64,000 nt of DNA from Balanoglossus misakiensis (GCA_040954595.2 CM082576.2:3198760-3262759), one strand, 5' to 3'. Shown: positions 35,991 to 52,100, counted from the stretch's first letter. Made by a program: numbers and translations. The notes: generated by a model not told the origin, from the sequence alone.

Positions 35991-38900
35991 TGGTTAACCC
36001 AACAAACATACACTTTCCTGTTTCCCAATCCAGCCATACTGAGCTTTGCGTCTTACATCCATTTACTTTCATTTATTTGTACCTCTCTCTGTGGTCATGT
36101 ACATTTTTACAAAATCTTGACAGCCCTCTCAGTTTTGAAGGCATCAAACATGACAAAATTAAACATGTTTTATACATAACACATTTTAATTGACAGAACA
36201 GTGTTTCTCATTGGTCTTCATCAATTTTTGACATTTTAGGTATCTGGCTAGAGATGAACAGTGTGTCAAAGGTCAAAATTTGCTGGAGTAATTTTTCATG
36301 GACCATATTTTGCTGCAACTAGTCCAAACATTTAAACTGATAAAGGGAGGGAGAGGTGTGTAATGTGGCTGTATATTTCAATCTCATGCCAGTCTGATAA
36401 ATATCCCGTGGCAGTGGCATCAAAATGCGCATCAAGACATTCAACGTCTGAGATAAATAAATTTCCAGTACTACGACAAATCTAAAGGATGCTATGTGAA
36501 AGCTACTGCTGCTCATGTGTCCTTTCAATGCACAGTTTCTACTCATACCCTGACTTCAGCTCTGTGTGTCTCTGAGAATGCCCTCTATCAACTTCATGCC
36601 TAAGATGAGTTGGGGTGATATATCGCCCCCATTTTTCTTCTAATATGTAGGAGTAAAACAATGTACTGTTTTTGTTATGATTGTTTGATATAAACACCAC
36701 AGAGATTGGTAACAGATTTCCAAACGATGTATTCCCCAACTATCACATATTCAATGTGGCTGATTTGAAAGGCCATATCTAATTATGGGTTTGTTGTTAT
36801 CGTGGGTTTAATTTTTTAAAACAATGTGAAACTTGGTTGTATATAACAAACATGATGTACACCGCTGGTAATATTTGAAGTTGTAATACTGACACATATT
36901 ACAGTAAGAACGAGCAGTCAACTATGTTACAGTTACCATGGAAAGTTGAGATCTTGTCAAGCACAGATTTTCATGTGGTTGTCAATGTGAAAAAAAAGTG
37001 TGTGTCAGCATATTGTCATTGGACATGCCCTTTTAACTATATACATGTATTGGCAAATCACCAATGATTGCATTCCTTTAACCTTGATGTGATCTGATGA
37101 TGCAACTTCACTGCCAAGGTCTTCATGCAGGCCAGTCAGTGCATGCATACCACACCATGGTCTTTGTGATAAAGTGACTATGCAGTACCCTATCTGCAGA
37201 TGAAATTGACATCTCGATTGTGTGGGCATTAAGTTAATACTGTTTACATAGAATTTTTTGTCTGATAATCTCCATGCACAGTAGTAGCTTTTCTTCTGTG
37301 TATCAGTAGACAAAACCTGCTGTTCATATGTAATATTGTCTTTCATGAAAATCCTTTGTATCAAACCAGTTCCAATAAATAAGCATGGTTTATAATGAAA
37401 CTTTGCAGTGATGCTGTTTTTTTCTAAGGTGAACAGTTTCTGTGGTACTTTGAAATGGAAACCTGTAGCACAAAATTATCCCGGTAAGAAATTAATTTAC
37501 AAAGCTTTCGTCAAGTTCTCTGGGTATTCTCCTGTAGTACTTTCCAGAATGTAAATCAGCCTAAGTACCCGTTTTCCGATTTTATGAACTTGAGACTTGA
37601 ACAGTTCGCGAAAGTCATACGCTTATCCGGTTACTAAATGCATGCGTGTCAAAATATGATAAGCTACGTGGGCATTGTCCCTAATCCTTCAAAAAATCTG
37701 GTTATATCGTCGACAACGCTGATGGAGTCGATATAAAACGAAATGGTTAAACACCAAATTGAATGAGGTCTTGAAAGAAGGAAGAGTTTGAAAAATGGTT
37801 GCGAGATTCATCATACCCATTCCATAAAGTTATGGGCCAAAGACGAACACACGACAGGATAATACGGCGCAAACAACCAAAAAGTGTCTTGAATATAGTC
37901 GCCTAATATCCCTACCCCACATATGACACCCGCCACATATAACTCTTCAAGTTCAAGTCAACATGTTAGGAAGAAGTCACGATCCACAGAGAAACGTCAA
38001 CGCGTCACCGCCGATTCCATTCAGATAATTTGTCGTAGAGGTGCATCGTACCTATCGGACAAAACACGTCATCTACCGAAATAAGACTGAATCCAGAAAC
38101 AAGCCTTTATTTACTATATTCACTTTGATTGACAAGTTTTTAATTAATAGAGTTAGCTGACTTTCTGCAAGATCGCCGTATCATTAACGAAAGTTGTGCA
38201 CATAAATCAGGTTTTTGAGCTATTGAAGTAATTTCAGCAGGAGTTGGATCTTTTTGAACTTTGCAGAGTTGATGAACCATATTGCATATCAAACAACCGA
38301 GAAAATAGGCAAATTGGAGAAAGGAGAATGCCGATATATTTAATTTTTGCAACGAATTCCAATCTTCAAAAAGAAATATTCTGCATCCACATGGCACCGT
38401 AATTCATAATGTCTAGGTTCATGTTCCGTGCAAAGGAGATTTTTGATGGAAACTTGAATGAGAGCCCAGTTTCCATGCTTCCCCGACACAGCTTCAAAGA
38501 GAAACAGAAGGTGAAATATACTGGTATTTTCGCCTATGAACATTACCATGGCAGTGTCATGTCATAAAAATGGAAGAATGTGAAGTTTATCTAAAGATGA
38601 ACATTTCGGCCGGACAATTGAAGTATATCACACCTACGCCAAAATTACATAAAAAAACTGTATTGTAGGCTCAGGATAGGATGACAAACTGGTATTCCAC
38701 TGAGCATAAAATAACTTCCCCGGAGATATGCTTGAAAATAAAAATTAATTTGGGAGTTAGTTTTCTAAAGGCAAATTCGTTGAGATTTCCCCTTGTTTCC
38801 CGAGGTTCCGACGCCTGCCACCCGATTTCTTTGTTCCCATGACGACGTTTGTTGGCTTCAGACCCTTTTTGACAAACGTTGCCCTATCATGAGGGCATAT

Positions 38901-39729
38901 CGGTGTATAAAAATAAATAAATAAATAAACAAACAAACTTTTTCTTCCAAAATGCTGATTTTTCGATCTTGGGCAGAACGTCAAAAATATCAGCCCGTGG
39001 TATTTAATCCACGTCCCATGACGTGACCTCATTGACAAGGTCAACGCCCTTCTTACTTAAAAAGATGGCCCTATCTTCAGTTAACAGTGCAGGTATCAGA
39101 TGTCCAAAAGCATCTGACATGGGATATGTATTTGTATTTTTCAACTCCGTCTTCATGTTAATGATTACACTCTGCCAGTGGACATTCATTTGAAATTACA
39201 TAATTAGGGGTTCGTGTGGAAGGTAATGGATTTTACAGTAAAAGTTTGGGCCTACACTACTGTTCTTACACAAAATAATTTCGAAAACATGTATCTGTGT
39301 CTCAAAAGCAGTTTCGCATGTTATTTACTTTGCATATATTGTATAAATACGCGCTCAGTGAACTGGTAAATCAGAACGACTGACCAGCACATCACAATAT
39401 TTCAAAATTATTTATGAAGTCCTCCGATGCGACAATTTTTCTCCTCGTTTATCATCGACCGGCTTGACATCACATCCATATCCCGGTAACCTCGATGAAC
39501 TCAGAGAAGTTTTGCATAATTTACGGAAACAATGCATGCAATTTGAAGACTTCTCTACACTGAAAATTTCTGTTGATTGAGTCTCCTCTTATATCCTGTC
39601 CGCTTCTTTGCGGGGGTTTAGTGTGGCGTTTCCCCCGAGAAACGATGCAGCATATAATGATGGCCGGCAAATTAGTCGGTCGGAGTAAGATCAATGTGGA
39701 CATGCGTACATGTCATGCATCTCGTCATT

Positions 39730-39780
39730 TGACGTCAGGATTCCTATGACATCCGGGCATTTCAAATATGGTCGACCAAT
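39730..39780 (+). promoter_or_regulatory. Candidate PPP2R5 promoter elements (full CRE and CCAAT)
   Basis: TGACGTCA at 39730-39737 and CCAAT at 39776-39780, in CpG-rich DNA about 400 bp upstream of the ATG. Confidence 0.4.
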
Positions 39781-40151
39781 CGAACGGCTTTAATGTAGTC
39801 ATGTGACTGGTGGCTTAGGACAAGATATTAGCAACAAAACTAATCCTGTGAGCTGAACGTATGTAAAAAGAAGGTAAAATATTGCGAATCTTACGTGAAA
39901 TTTTGTTCCGTGGACCAATTTTATGAAACCTCTGGAACCTTATGTTTCTACTAAGTGGATAAATTCAAGCGTGAATGGCATGACGGCGTGGATTTACACG
40001 GTCTTGAGCGACAGCAAATCGCTCAGCTTCTAGCAATCAAGCATACATCAACATCGAGGGTAACAAGGGCAGATCTCTGATCTACAGAAAATATCAAAGT
40101 CACCTAAGTCTGATCAACTTTAGAAGCGAGCGATAGTACGCAGGTTGCAGC

Positions 40152-43100
40152 ATGTCGGCAGCTGGCCCGGTTTCGGACAAGATCGACCCATTTGTTAAGA
40201 AGTCTGTTCGCAAAGGAAAGCAGAAAAAATCACAAGGGTCGTCTAAGTACAGAAGTAAGAATAGCGTGGAGTTACAGCCCCTAGCCCTCTTGAAAGGTAA
40301 GTTCAGTCGTGCGTGGTGGTGCTTCGATATGCCGTATTATTTGCTCAGAGTCGGACAGTTAAATTATAGCAGTACTAACAACAATCCTCGGATCGGTTTG
40401 TACCCCCAGACTTGGCGCAACCTTGCTTGAAACATGGCTTTTCATGATCATCACATAGTGAAAAAGAAACGAACGAGAGTGGGATGTGCCCCAAGTCTCG
40501 CTATACGATTACCGGACGCATGCGTTCCTTCAGTCAAATGTGTGGCATACTTCATAAAGGCACGCTGACACGCAGAAGCCATATAAGTAATGTAGGCCAA
40601 GTGTAGTGAATTTTATTTAAAAAAACTGGCCGTTTGCTGCCTTGGAAGTGCCCCTGGAAACACAATCATTCATCCCGGAACTCTGTGGTAGTGTGTGCCG
40701 TACAACTTGACCCGAAGTGGATGTTGAGAACTGTCATTACCATGGCAACAGTGGATGAGAGATTATGAAACATTCCAAAATTGAAAGAGGATAGATCTGG
40801 ACTATGAGAGACTTGTGTGGAGTCACATTCAATATGTGGTTGGCAGACTAATATCAATCATTGCACCAATATCATTCATGACCCTCATGGTTGCCTGGTC
40901 AACAATCTGGCCAGTTTCTAATGGCATAACTGAAATATGGAAAGTTCTTCAATGCCAGCTAAAGCCTGGTGGAAAGAATTATCATAGCTCATTTACCAGG
41001 AGTGTAATAATAGTAAGGAGTGTAATGTTAGTAAATGTTCATATCCCAAATATAGCCATCAAGTTAAAAAATAGTTTACAACAATGTGCTGTTGATATGA
41101 AGATGACAGTATATTAAAGTATTCAAGAATACTCATGCATGCCAACCCTTTGACTTACCTTAACCTCTTCAGTGTGAGACAGGGCATGTAGGAAAGTTGT
41201 GCTAGAATCATACTTCATCTGCTTCAAGGATAAAATTTCTATGGCGAGAAATTAGAATGTAACAGTGTAGCTGAGCATGTCACATTGCTCTGGAGCTTTC
41301 AACAGTCAACGACCTTGAGCTCTGACCTCACATCGTGTACTGTTAATTTGGTTTAGAAAACACTGAGCAAGTGCATGCAGCATGAAGAGAAATGATAACA
41401 TCAGAAGTATTGCATTTCATCAGTGAAATTGATAATGATTCTTTAATGACCAGTGTTTGCCCACAGATTGACCCCTAGAACAGCTGCATCAAACTTCAAC
41501 TGTTCATGGATTTAATTATAAAAAAATCAATTTTATATGGGGATAGTTTTTTCTGTCACTAAGGGACATTTGTTGATATCATGTTTTCAGTAATTGCAAA
41601 GGTATCAGTTCTTGAAAATAAATGTTTTACATTTATACTTGTAGTACTCACCAGAAATTCAGGTGTACTAGTCCTTGCATAAAAATGAGTTGTATTGGTA
41701 AAGGTAGATATGGCTAATATGATTCCTGCTATCTTTTAGTAGGTTACTGTGACTGGTAGCAGTCATATGTGATAAGTTTTCTTTGGCTATTCTCAAATTT
41801 ACTCAAGCAAACAAAACCAACATTTGCTTGACAACACACCTTTAGAATGATCGGCTTGAACTTTCTACACAGTGTCTGGTAGTTCAGATAGGCAATGCAT
41901 AAAAGGAATGTTTCATCACCTGTCTGTAGAATGTGGGAAGGTGATCAAAGAACAGGGATCTGTGGAGTTTGTCATTTTTCACAAACAGCTACTCCAAGCT
42001 AGTAATGAATTTCCATTATGGTACCTTTAATACAGACTGTTTCAGGTTAAGGAAATGGAATAAAAGAACAAGATAGGTGGTCAACCTTTTGAGCAAGAAC
42101 TCCGAAAAATAAAATCAATGCAGATGTTTAAAAATTGCTATAAATAAAAACTGACTGCCAAATACAGTACACAACAACAGCATTGTTATGTAAATCAAGT
42201 GTGTACATAACTCATGTTACTGTGCTACAAGACACCACTGTCCACGTCTTCTGTGTCTTTGCTGGTAACCCTTTGCCCCTCCCTACTAATTCACCATGAA
42301 AAGAAGCTGGCAACTGAGTGTGGATATATTCTCCTAAAGATAGGACAACAGAGGTTCAGTGAGCAAACTGTCATGGTTATCTTCTGTAGGCATATGGTGA
42401 ATGCTTTTAGCAAGAAAAAAATGCAATATTTGAATTGCTGGTGTGTGATGAACTACATTTGTTTGCAAGTGTTTTCATAAGCCGTAGTCATGGGAAAAGG
42501 TCAAGTCTTGTTTTTGGAAGGATTCCCTAAAAGCTGTACCTGTTGAAATCAGCATCTGGAGATGATGGTGTCTCTCTCATGCTGTTATCTATGGTTCCAG
42601 CAATATAATAGACTATTGCAAACTTTATCAGCGATGGTGATCTGAGATGTAAACTGCTGTAGTGTCAGGGTCATTGACTAGTGTGTTATTTATGCCAGGA
42701 TCTTGTTACCAATCTTGACACGGTAATTTATTGGGATATGGATAAAGGTGACTGTTGTTTGGCAGATATGCACAAGGAAGTCAGGTGGACTGGTGGATAG
42801 ATTGACAAAATCTATGGTTTATTCGGTAACTATGGCCGTGTATTGTTTTATTCCCACTGCCTTAGCCTGTATGGTCTGATGCAACTAGGTCTCTTTATCT
42901 AGTCTAGTTTATCTAGTTCAGTAGAATTTTTTTCCAGGGGCGAGCGTCACAAAAAGAGGAAGACATACCAGTTGCACTTATCCACCTGTAGTCATAGGAG
43001 CCAAACATGCCAGATTTCCATGGCAACCATCGGTTTGGAACAAAATCATCACTGCTCAGGATACTGTAAGATGCCAAAGGCTTGTCAAACTCCATGCATG

Positions 43101-46100
43101 GGCCAAGTTTCAAGTTAACAGAAATTATGAAGGTGATTTGGAATGATAGAGTATGTATAATGTTCCAAATGTTTACACAAAAGTAGGTTCTCTTGTCAAT
43201 CAAGTGAACTGGGGGAAAAAAAGACCAAAGATGCAGTGTTTATTTTCAAGTGCCACAGTGGACTGCAATAGCTTTAGTGCATGCCTGTCAAGCTACATGT
43301 ACATGCACCATTAGTCATTAATACAACAGTTAACATTTATTGGAGTGGATTGGTTAATGACCAGATGGATTCACCTCCCAGATCCAAACATGAGTAAGTA
43401 CTAGAATGTAGGCCATCGTAGGGTCTTTCCGGTACTGATAATTGCACTGGCGCTGGTCTCGATATTGCAAAGCCGGTGAATTGGAAACCGAGGGAAAAAA
43501 TACTATCTGTTGTAATGTACCGGCGACCCATTTTATAATCAGATAGTAGAAATGTAGTTACATACACTCTGGTGATGATAATGTCAGTTTATCTCGATAA
43601 GCCATTGGTACAGGCAGTCAGGTACATGGAATCTTTGGTTGTAATTGTAATTGGTAGTTTTTGCCGTTCCAATTTCAAACAGTATTACAGTTGGCTAGGT
43701 AACATTAAATTGATGCACCACATATATTTAAACTGAAAACTTAGAACCTGGTTGAGTGGACTTTGGTGTGGCTCGAAGGTCAAGATGCTTTACACCTACC
43801 ATTGCAGAATCTAAGTGGGCTTCATTGTGTATCAGCTAGCATTTATTCAAGCCTACCTAAAAAAAATTCCATCTCGTAAAATCTACCTTTTGTACACCAA
43901 GTGCTTGGACAATCTGTACAATGTACGTCCTTTTAGAAAATCAACAAAACACAACTGTCACGGTTATGAATATTTCAAAACACAGAAGATGGCTGTGAAA
44001 TAAATCAAACAATGAAATGCACTCATAAGTTTGTTTCATTTCAACAAAATATAAGATTGCCCATTACAGTTGCTGCTGGTTAAAAACACAGAATTGCTGT
44101 ATTTTCAAATTGGCTTAGTTACAGCTATTCTGCTGCAGATTATAATGGGAATAATTAGACAATTGTTAGAGTACTAAATTATATTTAATTAATAATGTTA
44201 AGGTGTACCAGCATGAGTGCATTACCTGTAAACATCTGCACACATTAATTTAAGTTAGACTTGAGGTACATGTAGTGTGTAGATTGCATGGGTGCGTTTG
44301 ATCAAGCTGTCATTTGCGAGTCAGTTGGTCAAGGAGAGATGTACAATCTGGCAGACAATACATTTTGCCAATCTGAGTTCCACTTTAAAATTTGAGGAAG
44401 TGTGGTGATGCTCTGGGTATGGTCTGTTGCCGCGAGTGCACTGTTTGTTGAACATTTGCATCTTGAAATAATTTATTTCCTGTTCAGTGCCGGTGGTATG
44501 GTACATTTTATAATTGCTCGGAGTCGTAGTATTAACAGTACAGTGACATGCATGTGTATAAACCTGTGAGTCCACAGGGGACTGCTGTGGCTGCCAGTCT
44601 GATACTTTGTTATCCCACAGTTCTGTAATTGCTGTCTGATGATGCACTGACTGGAGTGGCTGTTTAGCCCCAGTACTACTACCATGTCCTCCCATCAGAA
44701 TATAAGAAAAATTGACCTGAGCAAATGCCAAAGTGATAGAGTGATTCTCGCAGGCTTGTCATATTTCTCACTATAACAGAACACCAGAATTTTTTTATTG
44801 GCAAGCAGCCGTATTAGCATTCATCTTCCATTCATAACACGGGAGAGTGATTTGATTAAGTGCCAAGTGACACGGCTTGATGGCATTTTTCTACTAGTAC
44901 TAGTTCATTGGAAATGTCATGCCAGAGAAAAGTGAGAAGTCAGCTGAAAAAAGTGTAGCTGCAAAGACCAAATGTAAATTGTTCACCATTCCAACTCTTA
45001 TGGCACTCACACTGGGTAGATATTTTTACCCATGATGCAATTCAACATCCTGTGATATGAACCCCTTAGTGCACAGAAAAAAAGCAAATTACATCTATAG
45101 AGAAGGTGTAGCCATCATCTTATATATTATGGCAGTATGGGTCATTTTCAAAATTGACAAAGCAATTACCATTGATTTCAATAGCTGTCATTCCTGTACA
45201 AATTGGGTTCTTCAGATGAACTGTGTACAGGTATACAATTTAGATTTTGAAGGACTTGGACAAGTGCCTTGACATCAAAGCATGTATGTAGGGTTTTGTT
45301 GTGTGATCTACACGTAGATGGAAAATGGTTCACGATTTTGAAAATGGGTCTTGACAGAGTGACACACGGCTGTTTGAGATTATGATGGAATATACAGTAC
45401 CATGATTAATTGTTTATCTGACAAAAGATGTCTGTATTCCCATAAAATATGCAACGTGAAGTGCTTGGGGGTACAATCTTGATTGACGATATTGCTTGAA
45501 AAATCTACAATATATAACCTGCAGAAATTATGTGAAATGTGCGGTGGAGTAGCGTTCAACAGTATGGCTCACATTGTACTGTACACGTAACCATGGACAC
45601 GTGTGGAGGTTGCCAGGAAATAGACCCTATGTGTGTCAAATTTGTTAATGATGGTTTGCTAAATGCTGGTGCTGATTGGCTGTTGGCTTACAGGAAAAAA
45701 CATTATGGGATAGTTGAACATCATACCAAAATTCAGTTTAATGCTTTGAGTGGAAATTCCTGAAATTATACATGTATGTGTGTACCACATCCAGATGAAA
45801 TATTGACCCTGACCCTCTGATGTGCTACTGCAAATGAAATTGTGTTCAGATTAAAAAATGGCTGGTATGGTAATGAGGGAGTGGAAATTACTGTCGAGGC
45901 AATTATGACTTTGGTCATTTGTGTGTGAATTGATAAATTGCCAGCTGCAGAGGAGGCAACCTTCGCATGGTTAATATTTGTGGAGTATTAAAAGTGACAA
46001 GGAGATCATTCACAAGAGATCCACTGTTACCATTAGCAAACAACAGAAAAAGAACTGAAACAAATGTCCAAGTATTCAGCTTTAGAACAAAAACTATTAT

Positions 46101-49100
46101 GTCAGAGGCCATCTTGTCTGATATGCGAGTTCCCCTTTTTCCTGTGCAACCGTGGAGTACGTGGAGAGATTTCTTTCATTTGAATTTCACCTGATAAAGG
46201 TTGTATCCTGTAACTAGGCCGATCAAAGGTACCATTGAAAAAAACATTTATTGTGTGACCGAAGTTCGGTGATTAAGGTGTTATGAGCAGGAATGTTGGG
46301 GCTTCTTTTTAGTTCAAATGACGGCAGATGGCCTGATATTGATAGTTGGAAGCCAATTTGGAGGCACCTGGTGGACACCCCCGCTCTTGTAAACAAGATT
46401 GTTTACCTTAGTGACCACGGCATGGAGGTCACCGCGTGCTCTGACCCAGGGTTGGAATTTAATATATGTGACTTACTTTTGTCAGCCATATCAATAGTTC
46501 ATACACAAGGCCTTTATTGGTAGTTCAGATTCTGTGTGGTGTTGCGCACAAAAAAGAGAGAAATGTTGGTGTGGTTGTAGTGGCCTCATCGTTTATTTCC
46601 AATTCACCTGAAATAAAATGGCCGCTTTGATCATTGCATAGTATTGAGTATGTAGTAAACAGTGATTTCAGTGTCTTGAGTTTGAAAAGTTCATTGGCCA
46701 TTAAAATGGCAATATAACGCCATGGTTTTTGTGGCTGGATTTGACCTCTCCCTGAAGTGCCTTCCAGTGTGCGTCTTTACCGGCACTTCATTCTGTAATC
46801 TGATAGCTTCACTATAGTATTATTTGCAACCTCTTGAGTTTGAAAACACATTTTCCTTTCCTTGGTGGAAATTTGTGTCGTTCAGTTTGAGGAGTTTCTC
46901 CTCTAAAATTCTTTGTATTGTTTGTGGTAATTAGTTTCTGTCCTGAAATTTGCGTTGGTACAATTGTCGTTCACCTCTCTGACCCAAACTCTTCTCGTCC
47001 CAATTTTTTTCATGTGACTTGCTCTGGTTGTTGTCTGGAACAGAGCAGGGTAGCATTTTTGTGATGCCAAGTAGTTCGAACAACTCTGTAATCAGACCTC
47101 ATCCAGACTCGTCCTTTTAGCACCCCTTCCATTTAGGTTTATAGTCCACTTGTGTGTTATAAAACTTATTAGACTTTCCAAAGTAATAAACTGGTTGGGT
47201 GAATAGAACTGTCCAACCTACTGATCAGATGGATGTCCATCAATTCATTGAGACATACATTGCACAATAACAAGAAATTGTTTTCCTCTCTAAAAAGTCT
47301 AATATTCAGTTGTTCGCATAATAATATATGTGTATATAACATTGGTAGAGCTACATTACTTCAAGTTTTGTCATTATTTACTGGTTAGTGTACCTGGTAT
47401 ATCAACTTTGTGTCATTTTCTTAGTGTACGCCTATGAGAATAAACAGGACTTTGATCCAGCATGGCACGGTGACATTTCCTTCTAAAGATTTCCTTTGAA
47501 AGAGTAAAAGGTGTGTCTGTGAAAGACGTCATCAAAATCCCACATCGAAGACGTGCTCAGTAGACATGTAGTCAGTTTTGTAGCCCTCGGCTGGTGTGTT
47601 ATATACAGCGGTGTTGTTATTCACCCATGGATTACCAGGACATTGTGCGTAGGAAGTAACTGTTCACTGCAAAGACTACGAGCTCTTCCTGTTGTGTACT
47701 CGGGCAGATTCTGTTCACAGCAGTGCCGTGTTTCAAAGCTTCATGAATTTTCACATTTGACATACATGTATCATTTAATACTCTGAACTTTTTGTAACCT
47801 AAGAGAACAAGGTGTACGTAAAATATACATTGTGCAAAGAACCCTGGAGCAGTCCTACATGTTGCAGTCACAAACCAGGAAATTAACTTTTCCTAAGTTA
47901 ACATGAGGCCATCCAGAAAATACAGAACTCGGTCGTGAAACCTGATATGTGGACTGAACTGAACAGTTCTGTGCCATGTGTCCGGTTTACACAGGTTTCA
48001 TTGTATAGTAATAATAATTGGGTGGAGGGAGACAGCAACGTCCAATTGGATGGCCTGGATGTGACTTCACACATGCAAAAATCCCTTCCTTACATGTATG
48101 TGGTTTATACTTTTAATGCAATGAGCAATGAATGGTCTTTCCACCTGATGATGTAATGAATGTCACAAGTATACATGTAGGGAAGTTTATGTCTGTTTTT
48201 TCTAGTTGGCCATTCTTGCACGTGTGTGTGATTGTGCAAGTCAGGAACAACAGATTATCTTATCGCAATCATGTCTTCTGTGATATCTGTATGATAAAAA
48301 GTTTTGGCATCTACGTCACGTGCTTGTCTTTGAGTCGATCAAGGTAACAAACGACAACTGCTTCGTTTCTGCAGAATGCATTGGCGTTTGACTCCATAAA
48401 AAATAAGAACTGGACTTTATATGGCCCAAGAGGGCAGACTTGCTGGTAATTCTAACCACTGTAAGGCACAAGTAGCACTGTCATTTTTACGCTGGCAAAC
48501 AACAGTGCATACTGATGACTTGAAGGGGCCATTCCATTGAGGAAGGGTGATACTTGTGTGCTGTGGGATGTGAAATTCTCACACATCAATGATCATTCGT
48601 GTGTAGAACTAGAAATATACTTTTTGGAATATTTGTCATAAATTGGTAACAAGACTCAATATTGTAAAAATCCATGTGACTGTACCGTGGCGAAATGTTC
48701 GAAAATGTGTATTGGAGGTGCACTGGCGACATCGAGCAAAGCGATTACTTTGTGTCAAGAAAAGATGGTTTATTTTGGAAGGGGCCCTAGAATTGGATGA
48801 CTGATAAATAATGTGTGAAGTCGTGATAGGAGTGCTTTCTGATGAGGTGAGTGACCAAATGTATGCCGCTGAGAGAATAAGACAAAATGGCTAAGTCTTG
48901 CAGTATTAAGGACATAAAATTCAGCTTGACGTACCTTTATTTTATTCTGTTGAATAGTGCCTGTTTATTATTAATATTAGTCAATTTGAGTAATGATGTT
49001 TTGGCAATGAATTTTCATATGCAGTGTACATTTCTAACTGTGAGGCTTTGTGTTGCCAGGCAGTGTGTGGAATCAGGCCACTGAACAGATGGGAAGCTTT

Positions 49101-52100
49101 TATATTAAAATTCATATCAATAACCTAGTGAGGTCATTGTGGGGAATACTAGAAATATGCAAATAATTGCTATCGTGGTCACATGACAGGGTAGGATGCT
49201 GACACCTATCAGACAGGACATCACCTTATAATTTCCATGCAGACTTATATTTATGCAAATGTCTACTATTAACTTTTCACGTTATGAAACAACAGTGCTG
49301 TGAGGTAGTCAAAATACATCGTTCCATTATTAAGAAATCGTCTGAAACTGCACTATCCAGGCCTGCAAGTGCAAAGGAAAGTTTTCAGAATTATCCGATA
49401 CTTGACAGCAAAATTGACCAATTTTATGGGTAGTGTTTATAACAGAGTAGAGAGTACTGGCTCTTGATAAATTGCTGTGGTTTCTGATTCATTTTGTCAT
49501 ATCGTGCACTATTTCATGAAATAATCTCTTCATATCAGATTCTGAAATCGCAACATGTTCATAAATAGATTCTTCTCAGTGAATTTTGTGTGTGTCACAG
49601 ATTGGTGTGATGCAGAGAGCTTTTAGGGCGTTCATGAATTATTCAGAGCCACGGGTCCAGTTGAGGTTAAACTATTAACAGAATCTGTGTAAGCTTGATT
49701 CAGATTTTCCAAAGGTGGGAATGCCATTAAGACATATTGATCTGACGACGTGCTACTAAGTGGATGTGTCAGTGTATGTTTCACCAGTGAGAAGGTTGTC
49801 TGGTTTTGTGGTTTTTCACGTAAATCACTGTGAAATATGCATAACATCGCTGGCAGTTTTTAGGGGCATCAGTGTCTAGTGTGGTATCATTTTCTTGCAA
49901 GTTATGTTGGGTCCTACCACTGGATTGGGAGGGGGGTTGACCGGTTAACTAAAGGGCAAGGTCATTTGCAAGGTCATTTGACCTATTCCTTGCCCTTCTG
50001 TTACTGAGAATATGCTGAATTGTTCACCATAGTCCATCATGCAGGATTATAAAAAAGCAAGATAAGAACATATTTGTTTCTTTGAAAGGCTTTTTATTAT
50101 GCTCAAGGTGTCAGTCTGTTATGGATTTGGGTGCTGTTATCGCACTTCAAGTGTGAGCAGAAAATATGGAGACATCTTCCCATGTGAAGTAGAAAGTTAC
50201 AGATAATGACATCAAAGCAAAATTTTCAGCGTATCATCACTTTGTATTTGCAAGTGACAAAACTTGAAACTCTCAAGAAATGTATTGCAGGAGAAGTCAT
50301 TGCACTTTGATATCCTGATGTACAAAACCTACAGATAAAGGTAGTTCCACATACTTGTAGTGTGCTGTATCATGATTGTTACAGTGTGGTGTTCATTTAG
50401 GAGTGCCACATATCACCAATTTCAAATTTTATTGTTTCTGACAATAAAAATGAATCTTGTCTGTGCATGTGTGTGTTCATTATGTAATCATTTTATGCTA
50501 TTCACGATGTTGAAAGCAACAAGGTGGATAGCATTGCCCACATCACTCGTTACGTCTTACAGTAACAGCCCAGCCATTTCGATAGGTCATGAATATGCAG
50601 ATATATTTAATAAAATAATATTGCACTAGATCTGTTGAGTTCTGACGAGCCTTTAGTTGTAATTAAACTTTTATTAATGTCACTGAATTTGTTATATTTT
50701 ATAAATTCTTGTAAATATTTATAAGTTCTTGTAAATATTCATCATAAAATGAACTTCACTGTAGTGTACATGTAGTATTCTGGAGGGATGAGTGCCTTTG
50801 AGACCAACTGTAAAAAAATGAGAAATTTAGAATTTGATACGTTTTTTGCTCTGGAATTTCATGCAACGCATTTATTGAGGATACTTGAGAAACACTGATG
50901 AATTTGAAATTGCTTTGAAAATAGCAGTATGCAGCAAATGACTGCCAGTGGGTCATGTCATTTGGAAATTAATGTCAACAGACTTGTCCACAGGCAATAT
51001 ATGACCGCACTGCTGGATTGCGTAGTGTGCCAAATCAGAGCTGTTCCATCGCCACAGGGAGTGCATTACCCATGCGTCCTCTTCGGGGAGTGCTACCAAC
51101 AGGTTTCGTTAGCAGCGGTTGCCAAGTCTAGAAAATTAGATTCTGCGTCGGCAGAGAAACTGCTGTACCTAATTGGAAGAGCGGGAATATAACAGGGAGT
51201 TAGTAACAAATGTGACCTTTTTGCGCGAAGACTGGAGGTTGTAGTCCGGGCAGGGGTTTTTCTGCACATGAAGTGGAAAATTACATTACCGTTGTTATGG
51301 TGCTGTGCATTCACAATTGGGGATTGAGATTGCCGTGTGATAGGATACATGTATAAGCTGAATTACCAGAAAATGGGTAGGTTATAGCCAACAGAAAAAA
51401 AGCTGCTAGTTATATGTTACACATTGCATTCAGCAAATTTGGATGCCGATCCTTAACTGTCTGGAAACCGTAATAAATAGTAAGAGGTTTGCAGTTACAA
51501 ATTCAGTTTGGGAAATTGATTCAATTTAGTTTTCTTTTCTTTGTTGCATAAAATGTAAAATGACGTAGAATTGAAATACCATGGGAATGGTGTGTTTTCC
51601 AATTGTTGTGTTTTTGCTGCAAGCACGCTTGATTAGGTCTTTGCCGGCATTGTTATCTCGTTTCTTAGCCAAGTTAGTGGAGCGTGCCCTCAAAAGACAT
51701 GATCAAAATACTAAAATTGCCCGAAATGCCAAATTACCAGTTTCATGGTAGACATGATAGTAATTAATCCATCAGATTGCCCTACAGGGTGATGACTGAA
51801 AGCGAGGTTCACCACAAAATATACCATTCTTGTGCAATTGAGAGTGTCAATGATGTGTTGCTGCATATAATTTATAATCAGAGAGATGTCATGTTTTGTT
51901 TATATGGTCCATGATTCTACATCGTTATATTGCATACATTGTACATGTATCCATATCATCATGGTGATCAAGGTAGTGTCGTCCACTGATGTCAGTTCGG
52001 TAGCCTTAGCTGTCTTCACCTGATGACTATCTTGTTTTTAACAACATATACCTATGTTTGATTTCTTTTTATCTTGACAGATACCCCTCCAGCAGAGCAA

